A stretch of 46,140 bases of DNA from Octopus bimaculoides (GCF_001194135.2 NC_068992.1:53534907-53581046), one strand, 5' to 3'. Counted from the stretch's first letter, positions 1-12,534 are shown. A program made the numbers and translations. The notes: generated by a model not told the origin, from the letters alone.

Positions 1-30
<30 letters not shown>

Positions 31-32
<2 letters not shown>

Positions 33-185
33 GGCGGCCTTCTTTCAGTTCACCAAAATCCGCTCACAAGGCTTTCGTCGGCCCGGGGCAATATTGAAAG
101 ACGCTCTCCCACGGTACCACACAGTGAGGCTGAACCTGGAACTTTGTGATTGGGAAGCAAGCTTCTTACCACACAGCCACGCCTA
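31..185 (-). mobile_element. tRNA-derived SINE family A, 5' half (ends in internal (TA)n)
   Basis: Reverse complement reads gtggctgtgtggtaagaagcttgcttcccaatcac...ccaggttcagcctcactgtgtggtacc...gccgacgaaagccttgtgagcggattttggtgaactgaaagaagg, matching the head of the full copy at 7323-7733. Confidence 0.85.
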
Positions 186-954
186 TACAGAAAAACATGT
201 ACATTCATAAGTTCGTAGCATGACACATGCTAGCACTATAGCGTTTATCAATATATGTGTGCGTGTGTATAGTAAGGTAGACATGTATGTACATATATTC
301 AATTATTGTATCCATAGCGAAATCAATAATGTATAAATGCAAAATACAATTCGCATTTGTATGCACATATACACACACACACGTTGGCACACAGAAACAT
401 ACATGCATGGGCATAGATACACAATTACACTCTTCTGCGTGTTCGTACATGTCCGCATCGAGATATATCCATACGTATACACATTTAATCGTATACATAC
501 ATGTATAGATTTGCATGTGAACATTCATATATTTACAGTGTATACGTAGGTATAAGTATATACATTCATACACAGACACTCATAGAGAGACACACACACA
601 CACTTGTGTGTGTGTGTGTGTGTGTATTTATGCTTGTATGCATATACGTACATGCACACAAATAAATTCTATACCTCTATTTGCATGCCTGTTTATACAT
701 ATGAAGAGGTCGCATAGGTGGAGAAGCATGAAATTTTAAATTGCTGCTATATTTTATGATTCATTTTATGCGAATATGTCATAATGTAGCCATAAAGTTA
801 AAAGTTAACAAAACAATACGTATATATTCTTATCTCCAATAATATCGTACACGCACATACCTATAGACATATGCAATGCACTACTCACATGCATCTGATT
901 TCATATACGCGTGTGTGTGTGTGGACGTTTGTGTATATATATATGCCTTGCCCT

Positions 955-980
955 CTCTCTTTCTCTCTCTCTCTCTCTCA

Positions 981-1012
<32 letters not shown>
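955..1012. repeat. (CT)n microsatellite
   Basis: Direct reading of the sequence. Confidence 0.95.
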
Positions 1013-1018
<6 letters not shown>

Positions 1019-2736
1019 TTGCATACACACACACATGCACAAAGATTTATTTGTATAAGTGTATCTGTATGTATTTGGGGAACAGATTTCTTTCAAAATA
1101 TATTCTACGTGTGTGTGTTGTGTGTGACTCAGAGTGCCTTTTGTACTCTGTGGGTGTGGGTGTGTGTGAATATGTGATATTTTTGCTAATGTAGCTCAGA
1201 ATATAATCGATTCCTCTTTGGTATAACTCGTTATCTACTCTACCCAGAGAGCATGCAGAACCTCAATATTGTATTCGCTTCCATTAGAGTTAAATGTATT
1301 GTTTCTTTCAGCTTATAGTCTCTCGTTCCATTTGTTATAGTAGCATAGATGGATTGATCGGAAGATGTCATTGTTGAATGAAAAATATGAAAACAACCAC
1401 ATCTGTTAGACTTCTGAACAATTATTTCCTCATTCTAGTTTCTGTTCTGGTTTTATCTCACTCTCACCCAAATATGCCTTGCTGAGCTCATCCTAACGTT
1501 TTTCACTTCTCTCGTTTTACTATGTATCTCTAGCTCTTTCTCACAAATTACCACTCACTCATATATATTTAGTACATTAAATCTTGGACTAACTAGAACA
1601 GATACTCAGACAATATGACATACACGTATATAAACACATTCATAACCCGCTTCAAAAACAGGTATCCTTCTTCACTCCAAAAATGGCTGTCATAGATAGC
1701 AATTGCTATTGCATCAGTTGCGAAGTTTTTCTGTTTTCTGAAAACATCGAAACTCTGGCAAACATATTCAACAATATCCGCATATTAAACTTGTCCAATT
1801 GAGATGACAGTGAAATATATACAGCATAAAAACAATAAAATTCTTCAGTTTGAAAATAGTTGTTCACAATTTCAATAAGCTGACATCAAATATCAGGCTC
1901 CTTTAGATAGCTAGCTACCAATTTCAACGTGATTGACGATTGTGCTTGCGACTATATGAAATTGTTTTCGAAAATTTTGCTTTGTCATTATCTAATTGTA
2001 TACATCTGGAATCATTCTGAAGGAACACAGGATATATCTGCAATACACTTGATAATAAAATCCCTCAACCTAAGCAATCCTTGATAATAACAAAACTAGA
2101 AGAAACGCCAACAACAACTCGTCGCAGAATTAGACGTCAAATACCATCATAATGTGTAAGAGGGATAAAAACGTCACAGCTCAACAATTTTTTCTTTGGT
2201 AAAATAAAGGACACATAAAGGAAATAGACTGAACGGATATTCTTCATATTAATCTCTTATGGCCAAAAATAACTTGAACTCACGAATCGAAGACGATGAG
2301 TGAAATAAAATAATTCAAAATCGTAAAGAAAGAAAAGAGAGAAAACTATTTTAGTGAGTCAGCGTTAACAACAAAGTTTGCACCAGAAGCACAATTTGTA
2401 TACCGGATGGGAAAATACAAAAGCTTCTTATATGTAACATCTTCTTAAGTAAATTTTAAGATATCTGGGGAAATGTATTCAGGCAGAATACATTATGGCT
2501 AGATCCGATGACAAAAGAGTATTGCACGAGAGAAATAGTGAAAATTAGAGAATCACATGTGAAACTTCGAAACGCTGTATAACAGTAAAGCAATTTGGAA
2601 AAGCTTAAATGTTGGATATTCGTATAAAATGTTCTAAAAATCACTAATACTTATATATATATATATATATAATAACTACGGCAAACCTTATTATTTCTAC
2701 TGTTAGCGTATTCTACTTTTAGTAAGTAAATATTCG

Positions 2737-2913
2737 CTTCATATTTTGGCACAAGGCCAGAAATTTTAGGGAAGTTGGTAAGTCAATTACATCGACTTGC
2801 TAGTGTTCAACTGGTACTTATGTTATCGACTCAGCTTTGGCAGGATTTGATCCTACAGCATAAAGACGGACAAAATCCGCTAAGCACTTAGCCCGGTGCG
2901 CCAGCTCACTGCC
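2737..2913 (-). mobile_element. SINE family B, degenerate copy with internal deletion
   Basis: ggcacaaggccagaaatt...gtaagtcaattacatcgac...caactggtactta...ccgctaagcac...gccagctcactgcc matches the reverse complement of the copy at 5296-5510. Confidence 0.75.
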
Positions 2914-3021
2914 TTGTGTTAGTAAATAAATATCACACACACCTTATTATTATTATTATTATTATTATTTGGGAACGAGATGAAAGAAAGAAACATTTTG
3001 CTCTATTTGTTGTTCCGACAC

Positions 3022-3180
3022 TTTACATTCAGAAATCAAAATCTGTTATGCTTAACTTTGCCTGCCATCCTTTGGAGCTCGATAAAATATGAACCAGTTC
3101 ATCACTGGGATCGATGTTTTCTTCCCACTCCCTTCAAAAACTGCTGGCCCGATGCCTAAATTTGAAAATATTATTATAAT
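3022..3180 (+). mobile_element. SINE family B, degenerate 5'-truncated copy
   Basis: actttgcctgccatcctttggagctcgataaaat...ccagtt...cactgggatcgatg...gctggcccgatgcctaaatttgaaa followed by an att-rich tail. Confidence 0.7.
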
Positions 3181-3612
3181 AGTCATCAGGTAATACTCTT
3201 TGCGACGGACAAAATTAATTTATCTTAATGGAGTCGATTAAATAAAGCACAAGTCAAATATTGTTATCGAATATATCGACAAATCCCCTCCTCTCAAAAC
3301 TACTGCCATTTCGCCTAAATTACAAGCCATTATTGCATTATTGTTATTGTAGTGCCCCCTTTACTGTGTTAACACTATTTTGATTGTAGATGATACTGTT
3401 CGCGACTTGTCGTCAATAAGATTATCCCGGCTCAGAATAGAATTAACACTTTAACCACAAAGGAAATAAAAATATTACACACTTTACATATTAATTATTG
3501 TGCATTATTCCACGTAAAAGTCTTGTTTTTACAGACAAGTGGAAAAGAACATACACACACAAAGTTTTCACGCACAAAAAGATCTCTCTGAGCAGCAATC
3601 TTTCTCTTTTGC

Positions 3613-3643
<31 letters not shown>

Positions 3644-3656
3644 NNNNNNNNNNNNN

Positions 3657-3703
<47 letters not shown>

Positions 3704-4773
3704 GTACATGTATGAATATATAACCGGAATTGTTATGCGAGAGATACTGTATACGCATAGACACGATTGCGAATACATCGATATACCTAGAAAATTTGAT
3801 TATTCTCATATCAGTATAGCATTTCTTAGTTATGTAAAAATATTCACATTTATATAAGTTTCATAAGAATGTAAAACTCATCAAATATATATGTATCAAT
3901 TTGTATATATGCATACAATCGTTCACACACGCTCACGCATGTACATACACACACACACACACGCATATACACATACATACTACATACGTATAACGTATAT
4001 TTGCTAGTATATATGTACATATGTATGTATATACTTTATACAGATTTATAGATGTAGTCACATATATATATACTATATACACATATGGTGCATATGTATG
4101 AAAATAAGAAACACGGTTTGTGTGTGTCAGTGCGTGAATATCATTATGAATGGATGTACATGTGTATATTTTGTATTAAGTTGTGTGTCGATAGATTTGG
4201 AGACTAGCTGAATTGAAATAAAGTCTAAATATGATGTCTGAATTCCTAAAAATCAATAGCAATGTGCCCAATGAGAAATTAACTTAATTATGTCATTGAA
4301 ATCACCATTTTTATTTCCCATAAGATTTCATCCTCTAAAACAGTGCATCCAATTTACATCCTTCACCATGGTAACCAGATCGATGTGGACCTTGTTAGTG
4401 GCAGATTTATATAATATAGGATTTATTTTGGAAACATCTGCAAACCATGCGTGTAACGTGGGTTTTATTTATTAGGAGAATCCTCCGCAGAGGTTTCGCA
4501 GACATAGAGCAACGCCTCACTCTTTTTATCTATTGAATAAACACCATATATTTCTGTATCAAAATTCACGTTACTTCGTCTTGTGGATTTCAGATGAGCA
4601 CGCAAACAATGTTTTTTTTTGTTTTTTTATGATGTTCAGATACATGTTAATGATTGTTGTTACTGATGTCAATATTGTTGATATTGTTACTACAATTACT
4701 GTTGTTGATGATGATGATCAACTTTTATGCTCCGATTTAGGTGATATGTAAATACAGGCATTTCAGTAAAACA

Positions 4774-4836
<63 letters not shown>
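4774..4836. repeat. (ATT/TAA)n microsatellite; tail or target of the adjacent Dong-like element
   Basis: Pure att repeat abutting the element's 3' end at 4837. Confidence 0.95.
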
Positions 4837-4839
<3 letters not shown>

Positions 4840-5134
4840 TAGTTTTATTTTTATAACGTGCTTTCACTTCACTACCGAGCGCAGCTCTGTGCGCCTTGGG
4901 TATGTGCTGTGGTTTGCTGTGGTGCTCTTATGTTTACTGTATTGAAAGTGTTTTGCGTAGAATGTGTGCAGTGCCCAGTAGTGCAATTTTCTGTATGTTA
5001 TATATATTTGTAAGTCCTGGTGTTTTTGTTATGTATTTGTCTGAATATTTTTTTATTATACCTAAGGCACCTACTATGATAGGAATTGTTTCTGTTTTTA
5101 GATTCCACATTCGAGTTATCTCTATTTCCAGGTC
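4837..5134 (-). mobile_element. 5'-truncated R4/Dong-clade (restriction-like endonuclease) non-LTR retrotransposon, 3' end
   Basis: Minus strand 5134-4934 translates without a stop as DLEIEITRMWNLKTETIPIIVGALGIIKKYSDKYITKTPGLTNIYNIQKIALLGTAHILRKTLSIQ*. This matches the conserved RLE C-terminus (DL.IE..RMW....IP.VVGALG...QK.ALLGTAHILRK). A ~97-nt 3' UTR follows, and (TAA)n lies on both sides. Confidence 0.9.
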
Positions 5135-5169
<35 letters not shown>

Positions 5170-5172
<3 letters not shown>

Positions 5173-5186
5173 TAGTTTTATTTTTA

Positions 5187-5187
<1 letters not shown>
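5170..5187 (-). mobile_element. 18-nt stub of the same Dong-like element's extreme 3' end
   Basis: cagtagttttatttttat is identical to 4837-4854 and is also preceded by (att)n. Confidence 0.7.
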
Positions 5188-5250
<63 letters not shown>

Positions 5251-5295
5251 TATTATTATTATTTTTATTATTATTATCATTATTATTATTATTAA

Positions 5296-5510
5296 GGAGG
5301 TGAGCCGGCAGAATCGTTAGCGCTCTCACCGAAATGCTTAGCGGTATTTCGCCCGTCGCTACGTTCTGAGTTCAAATTCCGCCGAAGTCGACTTTACCTT
5401 TCATCTTTTCGGAGTCGATAAAAATAAGTAACAGTTGAGCACTGGGGGTCGATGTAATCGACTTATCCTCTCCTCCAAAATGGCTGCCCTTGTGACAAAA
5501 TTTGAAACCA
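5296..5510 (+). mobile_element. SINE family B, full length (tRNA-like head), (ATT)n tail
   Basis: ggaggtgagccggcagaatcgttagc...gaaatgcttagcggtatttcg...gttctgagttcaaattcc (B-box-like)...gtcgactttacctttcatcttttcggagtcgataaaaataagt...gggggtcgatgtaatcgact...aaaatttgaaacc. Confidence 0.9.
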
Positions 5511-5570
5511 TTATTATAATAATAATAATTATTATTATTATTATGATCGTTATTATTATTATTAACAACA

Positions 5571-5760
5571 GAGTCGTCAAGAAATGTACAAAATGCTTAA
5601 CGATACTTCTCTCAGCGTTCTGTTCAAAATCCGCCAACCTCAACGATACGTTTCATTCTTTCGAGGTCGATACAATAAGTACTCCTCAGGTAGTAGGTGT
5701 TGAAATAATAGACTTGCCCTCCCCTCGCTATTGCTGGTCTTGTACCAAAGTTAGAAAGAA
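5571..5760 (+). mobile_element. SINE family B, older degenerate copy in tandem
   Basis: aaatgcttaacgatacttc...gttctgttcaaaatccgcc...tttcattctttcgaggtcgatacaataagtac...ttgctggtcttgtaccaaagttagaaagaa. Confidence 0.75.
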
Positions 5761-6360
5761 TTATTATTTGCAGTGACAATGTATTCATTCATGGCTACCC
5801 CTGACAATATACTGATATCATTTCGTAAAATGACCGGGTATAATTTGAAATATATTTTCTTAGCGTTTCTGTATTCCAATGTTCGAGTGATGATCGATTT
5901 GTATTATTCATACGAGCAATACATATTTCGATTATGTTCGTATTACCGCTTAGCAGAGCAGTAAAACTGCAAATGTATAAATTGCTATGGTTATGCACGA
6001 GGTATCTACTTTGGAGATAGACGAAGACTCGCACACTGACGAATTTTAATGCCAATATTTGTAGAGAGGTACTATAGCTATTGGTAAGAAATTTAATTAG
6101 TTTTAGAGGTTTGGTGCCAAAGTTAGAACGTATTATTGTTTGCTGTCATAGTTATTGAAACAAGGTTGTAAAAAGTTTATCGCAGTTACCGTTTGTTTCA
6201 GAAAAAAACTCTAACTTAATTCACAGAAGTAAAGTCATCTTCACCGCTGCTCTTTATGAGGCTTTGAAAGATATTTAGCTGTTTTCGTTACTAAACTTCA
6301 GCTGAACCCAGATGAGACCTATAATCAAAGGCGTTTGAGCAATGACCATCAAATGCCTGA

Positions 6361-6402
<42 letters not shown>

Positions 6403-7322
6403 CTGGAGTCGGGAAGATCAGAGTTAAAATGAAGACTCAGAACACAATTATTCAGAGCATATGTATTTTGATAAGAGGCCCTAACATTAAAGTGTTCCTT
6501 ACGAAATCCGACTCGGAAAATTTAAATGTGCGCGTCTACATACATTTATAAATACATGTGAATGTGCGAAAGAGAGAGAGGCGGAGATAAAGCAAGTCAG
6601 AGAGAACGATTGAGAGCCAGAGCGAGTGAGAGAGAGAGGGTATTTAAGCATTTACGTATGTACGTGTGTATTATATATTATGTTGGTGCTTTTTTCTATT
6701 TGAGATTTGACCATTTTATCTAGCATGTTGAGAAATCGGAGAAAGCCTTTTCTCTTGACTAAGAATATTTAGGAAAAAAGAAAATCTGGTGGTAAATGAT
6801 CAGTAGAGATCAGACGAATTTCATGCATACTAATCAGATATTTAATTAGCTATTTTCACTGTAAACATTCCATAGGATATTTGATTACAAGTACATAACA
6901 TCAGTCGTATTTACACATTACACTATGAAACTAGAAACATGAAAGTCGCTAAAACGTCTTTGATCATTTGATGATTTGACCAACTTGACTCGTGGCTTAA
7001 CAACAAAAGCTGTAGATGTAGCAACAGAAAGAAAAAATAAAACAATTAATATTCGTTAGAGTTATTAGAGCAAAGATCCTTGAATCATTTAGTTAATTAT
7101 ATCGGACGTTTGTTTCTTGTAACACAGTTCCTACGTTCTTCATAAATCGTGGAAAAGATGCGATTTCAATAGCCTTTTAAGGCGACATTTCTCCAGTTTA
7201 ATCGCTAACTTTAGCAAGAAACCCGGGGCAAATACACTGACTTTTCAATTCTTAAAATACAGGGTGTAATTACCAAGTGAAACGGAAGTAATATAATAAA
7301 ACATTAATTACAATAACAGATA

Positions 7323-7733
7323 GGCGCAGGAGTGGCTGTGTGGTAAGTAGCTTGCTTATCAACCACATGGTTCCGGGTTCAGTCCTACTGCGTGGCACCT
7401 TGGGCAAGTGTCTTCTACTATAGCCTCGGGCCGACCAAAGCCTTGTGAGTGGATTTGGTAGACGGAAACTGAAAGAAGCCCGTCGTATATATGTATATAT
7501 AATATATATATGTGTGTTTGTGTGTCTGTGTTTGTCCCCCACCATCGCTTGACAACTGATGCTGGTGTGTTCACGTCCCTGTAACTTAGCGGTTCGGCAA
7601 AAAGGAACCGATAGAATAAGTACTAGGCTTACAAAAAATAAGTACTGGGGTCGATTTTCTCGACTAAAGGTGGTGCTCCAGCATGGCCGCAGTCGAATGA
7701 CTGAAACAAGTAAAAGAGTAAAGAGAAAGAGTA
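7323..7733 (+). mobile_element. SINE family A, full length
   Basis: A-box TGGCTGTGTGG (7333-7343), B-box GGTTCAGTCC (7376-7385), CORE-like gcaccttgggcaagtgtc, internal (TA)/(TG) tract, 3' module aagtactggggtcgatt...gtgctccagcatggccgcagtc, and a taaaaga-type tail. Confidence 0.92.
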
Positions 7734-8460
7734 TATTCGTAATCGTGTCTATGCATATACAGTATTTCTCGCATAACCGTTTCAGTTATATATGCACACA
7801 TGTGAAGAAATAGGCACACACACACGCGCGCGCGCGCGCGCGCAAACGCTCACACTCGCATGCACATACACACACACACACACACACACAAACACATACA
7901 AACACACATATATTAATTAAAGTGCAGATAATTTTTGAAGGAGTATTTTTTGTTACAACTAACGCATGGTATTAAAGTGGTTATTCTTCGGTTATATCTA
8001 TTTTTTATATTAGAGACTGCGTCCATAAAAGTGAATAGCCTCGAAGGACTCAGTTGGAAAAAAAAATCGACCACAGTATATTTCTTAAGTGTTTTACTTA
8101 TACGTTCGGTGTTTTTGTTCAAACAGATAGGTTAGGGATGTAAAGAAACCAACACCAGTTGCTTAGAGTTGATGTGGAGCAATGACAAAGTTACGCACAA
8201 GTGTGCACATGCAGGTGTGTGTGTGTGTGTGTGTGTTTTGGGTAGGTGTGCGTGTGTAGTATACAGGTATTTTTTCATGGCTTAGTAACTTAAACTCCGA
8301 TGGAGTCAAAGGTACGTCCTTCCGTCCAACTGACAAAAACGTGCCGTGGTCATTATAAAACTGGCGAAGATCGCTCCTGTCTTGGTCTGAACGCAGCCGA
8401 TGCTGATTTCTTTTACATGAAAACAAAGAGATAGAGAGACAAAGTGGTAGAAAAGAAAGA

Positions 8461-8600
8461 AATCAACCCCAATACAGGACTGGTACTTTATTTGTCGATT
8501 TCGGAAGTATGGAAAGCAAAATTGGTGACACTGGCGGATTTTGAGCACAGACGACAGAGAGTTCCAGTAGGAATAATGCAAAAGGCAATATATCCGAATC
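8461..8600 (-). mobile_element. SINE family B, highly degenerate fragment
   Basis: atcaacccc...actggtactttatttgtcga...ggaaagcaaa...ggcggattttgagcacag aligns to the reverse complement of the B body. Confidence 0.55.
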
Positions 8601-8705
8601 TAATATAACGCTACTAATATAAATAAATATATATATATATAAATATATATATATATGTACACGTGTGTGTGTGTTTGTGTATGAATGTGTGTGTGTTAAT
8701 GTAAA

Positions 8706-8753
<48 letters not shown>

Positions 8754-8850
8754 TATATATGCCTTTGATCGATGATACTGTCATCAACTTTGATCTCTAA
8801 ATGCGACGTCTATCATTCGCTTTTTCAAACATCCTCCTTTCCTCTCTCTC

Positions 8851-8887
<37 letters not shown>

Positions 8888-8999
8888 GATATATATATAT
8901 GTATGCATATATGTATATGTTAGTGTTTGGGCAGACATAGCACTCAAACACATAGGCTTCTACTTATATACACATACAGAGATATACATGTCTAGGTAT

Positions 9000-9002
<3 letters not shown>

Positions 9003-9052
<50 letters not shown>
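9003..9052. repeat. (GT)n microsatellite
   Basis: Direct reading of the sequence. Confidence 0.95.
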
Positions 9053-9054
<2 letters not shown>

Positions 9055-9795
9055 TATCCAAGCCACACGTCTACACATTCACAACACACAAGCATATAAA
9101 CTCATGTTCACAATAGGTACGCTAATTTTACCTATAAAGAAGGAGAAAAATTCCGCCTCTGTGGTTACTGAACTATAGAATATTTAGTATTGATTATAGT
9201 TCTTATAGCTAATTATAATGATATGCAAATATATACATATTGGACATTTATTTATGTTGCTGATGTATCTACACGTACTATATACTTAAGTTTTGCAGTC
9301 GCTTATAGAGGTTTATAGGTAATATCTCACAAGTACTAAAGCTATGTTAAAATTATGTATATTCCATCATACATATGCGCGTCGATAGACACTCCAACAC
9401 AGTCAAACATATACACGCTACACGCATATGTATGTAAAAAATATGTTAATAGTCAGACTTTTTTTTACTATTGTCTTGTAAATCAAAGGGGATAGTATGG
9501 CATTATATTTTAACTTCAAATGCAATTTAACAAGAACAACGAAATTTTTTTCTTTGTTTGTCAAAACGCAAGTAAAACTATATCATTTACATTTTTCTTT
9601 CACATTATGATCATCACCATCACAATCATTAATCTCATTAGCATTGTAATTATCGCCATTGTCCTCATTATAATCATTATCATCATCACAAGCGTCTTTA
9701 TCTTCATCATCCCGAGCATTAATAACATTATTATCATTCCTACCAAGATCGTTGTCGCCATAGTCGCAGTCTTCGTTGTCGTCATCATTAATAAT

Positions 9796-9931
9796 GGTTT
9801 CAAAGTTTGGTACAGGGCCAGAAAGTTCGTCGGAGGGGGTAAATCGATTACGTCAACTGGTACTTATTTTATTGACCCGGAAAAGATGAATAGCAAGATC
9901 GATTTCGACGGAATTTAAACTCAGAACGCAA
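9796..9931 (-). mobile_element. SINE family B, 3' fragment
   Basis: ggtttcaaagtttggtacagggccag...gggggtaaatcgattac...caactggtacttattttattgacccggaaaagatga...ggaatttaaactcagaacg. Confidence 0.8.
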
Positions 9932-10834
9932 GTTCTATATTTGAAAGAAAGTCAATCCAACTGCAAATAGGTTACAGAAAGTGCTAGTCTTTTAAATTTT
10001 GTACAAGGACCTAGGGATCTGTTTCATGGCAAGACTGTGTACAAATTCTTCATGGCTTGCTTTGAAATGAAGAACGGGTATTTCAAAGCTTAGAGAACTG
10101 CCATAGACACTCTTCGTGGAAACGAAATCATCAAATCAGTATTTCAAGTCAGTATCCCAAAAGATGCACATTTCGAGCTTTATCTCACCTACCCTTTCTT
10201 TCAGTTATATTCTTTCTTTTTCTTTAACTTTCGTATATTTCAGAATGTGGCTTCATACGAAATGATATCCAATAAAATTGCACGTTATACGGACTACATT
10301 CCGTAACGCTTAAAGCAAAATGTCTGAATCTCTGTAACCACTAAAGAATTTATACTTGCTATTGTAGATCATAATGTAATTATCTAAATGTCAAAAGATC
10401 ATTCAATAATAACACTAAATAAAAATAATAATAACATAGGTCCAAGTAGACCAACTATATACAATGTACTTTTGTATTCTATGGATTGTGTATTGGAGAT
10501 CAGGAAGACATTTTTCTTTAAGCTAGATTTAAAGTTATCCAACTAATATTCTACTTGACCCTTCATGTCCCCAATTCATATAAATAAACACCACCGCGGT
10601 CTTTATAGGCTTCTCTTAGAATCCGTGAAAATATTCTTAAATTAACGAAAGAAAAAAAAAATTGGTGGTTATATATTGCTTTTATGTGTTATTTCAACCC
10701 AATGTTGGAGAATTTAGATTGATATCATCATGTTCTATAAATAACTAGAAACAAGGCATAGACAATTTAAACAATCTATAACACATTCGTATACCGCCAT
10801 AAACATGATACGCGCGTGCGTGCATGTGTGTGTG

Positions 10835-10866
<32 letters not shown>

Positions 10867-11380
10867 TGTGTGTTCTTTGTGCGTGTGTGTATGCGTGTGT
10901 AAGGCAATTACGATGAAATAAATTTACAACAATCTTTCATACACATACACATATATACTACTTACATTACACCAACACGCAAATATACTCACTTATGTAT
11001 GAAGGTGATTATTACGAGGAGGGGTAGGACATTTTTCATGTAGTTGTTAGTGCTCATGTTTCAGAAAATATACATATAGATTTATTATTGGCATGTGTCA
11101 GTCTTCAGACGCTCTAAGTGGTTTTTGCTTTTCAAAGTGAATCGTTGATACTAGCCATCGGTACGGTAGTAATGACGTGGTGTAATAGTGTTATGTAATA
11201 TATTCGTGACATTCCTAGTAAGATGGTATTTTGTAATGAGGTGATATTTCAAGAACTATATACCTCAAACATCGAATTAAGTATCTTATGTTTTGAAATG
11301 GATGTAGTCGAAATTGAGATCAATGATGCCAGGGAGGAAATTGTGAAGCAACAAAGAATAAAATGCTGATAAAATAATAT

Positions 11381-11581
11381 TTTTCACAAGGCCAGCAATT
11401 TCGGGAGAGGGGGTAAATCGATTACATCAACCCCAGTTCTCAACTGGTATTTATTTTATCGGCCCCTAAAATATACCAAACGAAGTCGAACTCAGTGGGC
11501 TCTAAACTCACAACGTAAAGACGGACGAAATGCCGTTGAGATTTTTGCCATGAGTGGTAAGGATTCTACCGGCTCACCACC
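11381..11581 (-). mobile_element. SINE family B, near full length, degenerate
   Basis: cacaaggccagcaatttcgggagagggggtaaatcgattacatcaaccccag...caactggtattt...aacgtaaagacggacgaaatgccg...gattctaccggctcaccacc. Confidence 0.8.
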
Positions 11582-12534
11582 ATTTTAAGATGCTAGTAAA
11601 ATAATGGTATGCAGTGTAAGTAGACTGAAAATATTCCAGAGAGAAATTAGGATAATTACCAATCTCCGTCACATATATTAGCTTCACAAGCTGCTTCTCT
11701 TTATTTGTAATTAATTCCGTGACAAAATGTCGAGAAAGACAAAATATTATGAAAGAAAATATAAAAAACGAAAATAGCGAACAGCAGCTAAAAAAGTAAT
11801 AAATATTTAAAACAAATCATGATTTAACCAAAGTTTTCTATTAAATTTGTTCGGTTTCTTTACATCTGTTAAAACGCTCTATTGTTTGATTTTCTGTTAT
11901 TATTAATATTTTATGTGAGAGAGTACGTAATAATGTGTTTTAGGGAGAATGTATTTTGTCAAGTAGCCAGGACAATGTAATTAGAATGATCTACAATAAC
12001 AGCACTCACTTTGTTATATATTCCTAAACCATAAAAATTAAGAAATTGCGAATAAAATATCTTTGTTGTTAATTGCAATTTGGATAATCTTGTATGAACA
12101 GCGCAGAGTAGAGACGGTGTTAGCCATAGTATTTACCAGGGAGCTCAGTATTATTAGAAATATGAGTTACAAAAATCGTAATTCAATAACAAGAGTATTT
12201 GGTAGAGTTGTTCGAGTATCTGTGTGTGTGTAACGAAAAATCAGGAGTTAAAATTAGAATAATTGCAAAGGGAATTGTTGTTTATTATTTACGTAGCTAA
12301 GTCTGGTTTTCGAAAATTATCACCATAAAGTAGGATTTGAATAAAAAACATGAAAGATTTCAAGTGATAACATTAATCTAAAACACAATAAATACTCCTT
12401 GCTTTGTTCTGACTATCTTATTCCATGTAGATTGTTAGCATCGATGAAAATATTGCACAAGTATCTTCGATAACAGAAGTGGAATAGTATTTTAGAGCAA
12501 ACATGCACATTGATGACCAGAAAAGCAAGCGTAA

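Noticed and set aside
4896-5303. 135-aa plus-strand ORF
   Set aside because: It is the antisense of the Dong-like fragment plus ATT repeats; the meaningful frame is on the minus strand.
10244-10306. Strong polypyrimidine acceptor followed by NVASYEMISNKIARYTDYIP*
   Set aside because: No good donor, early stop and no recognisable homology.
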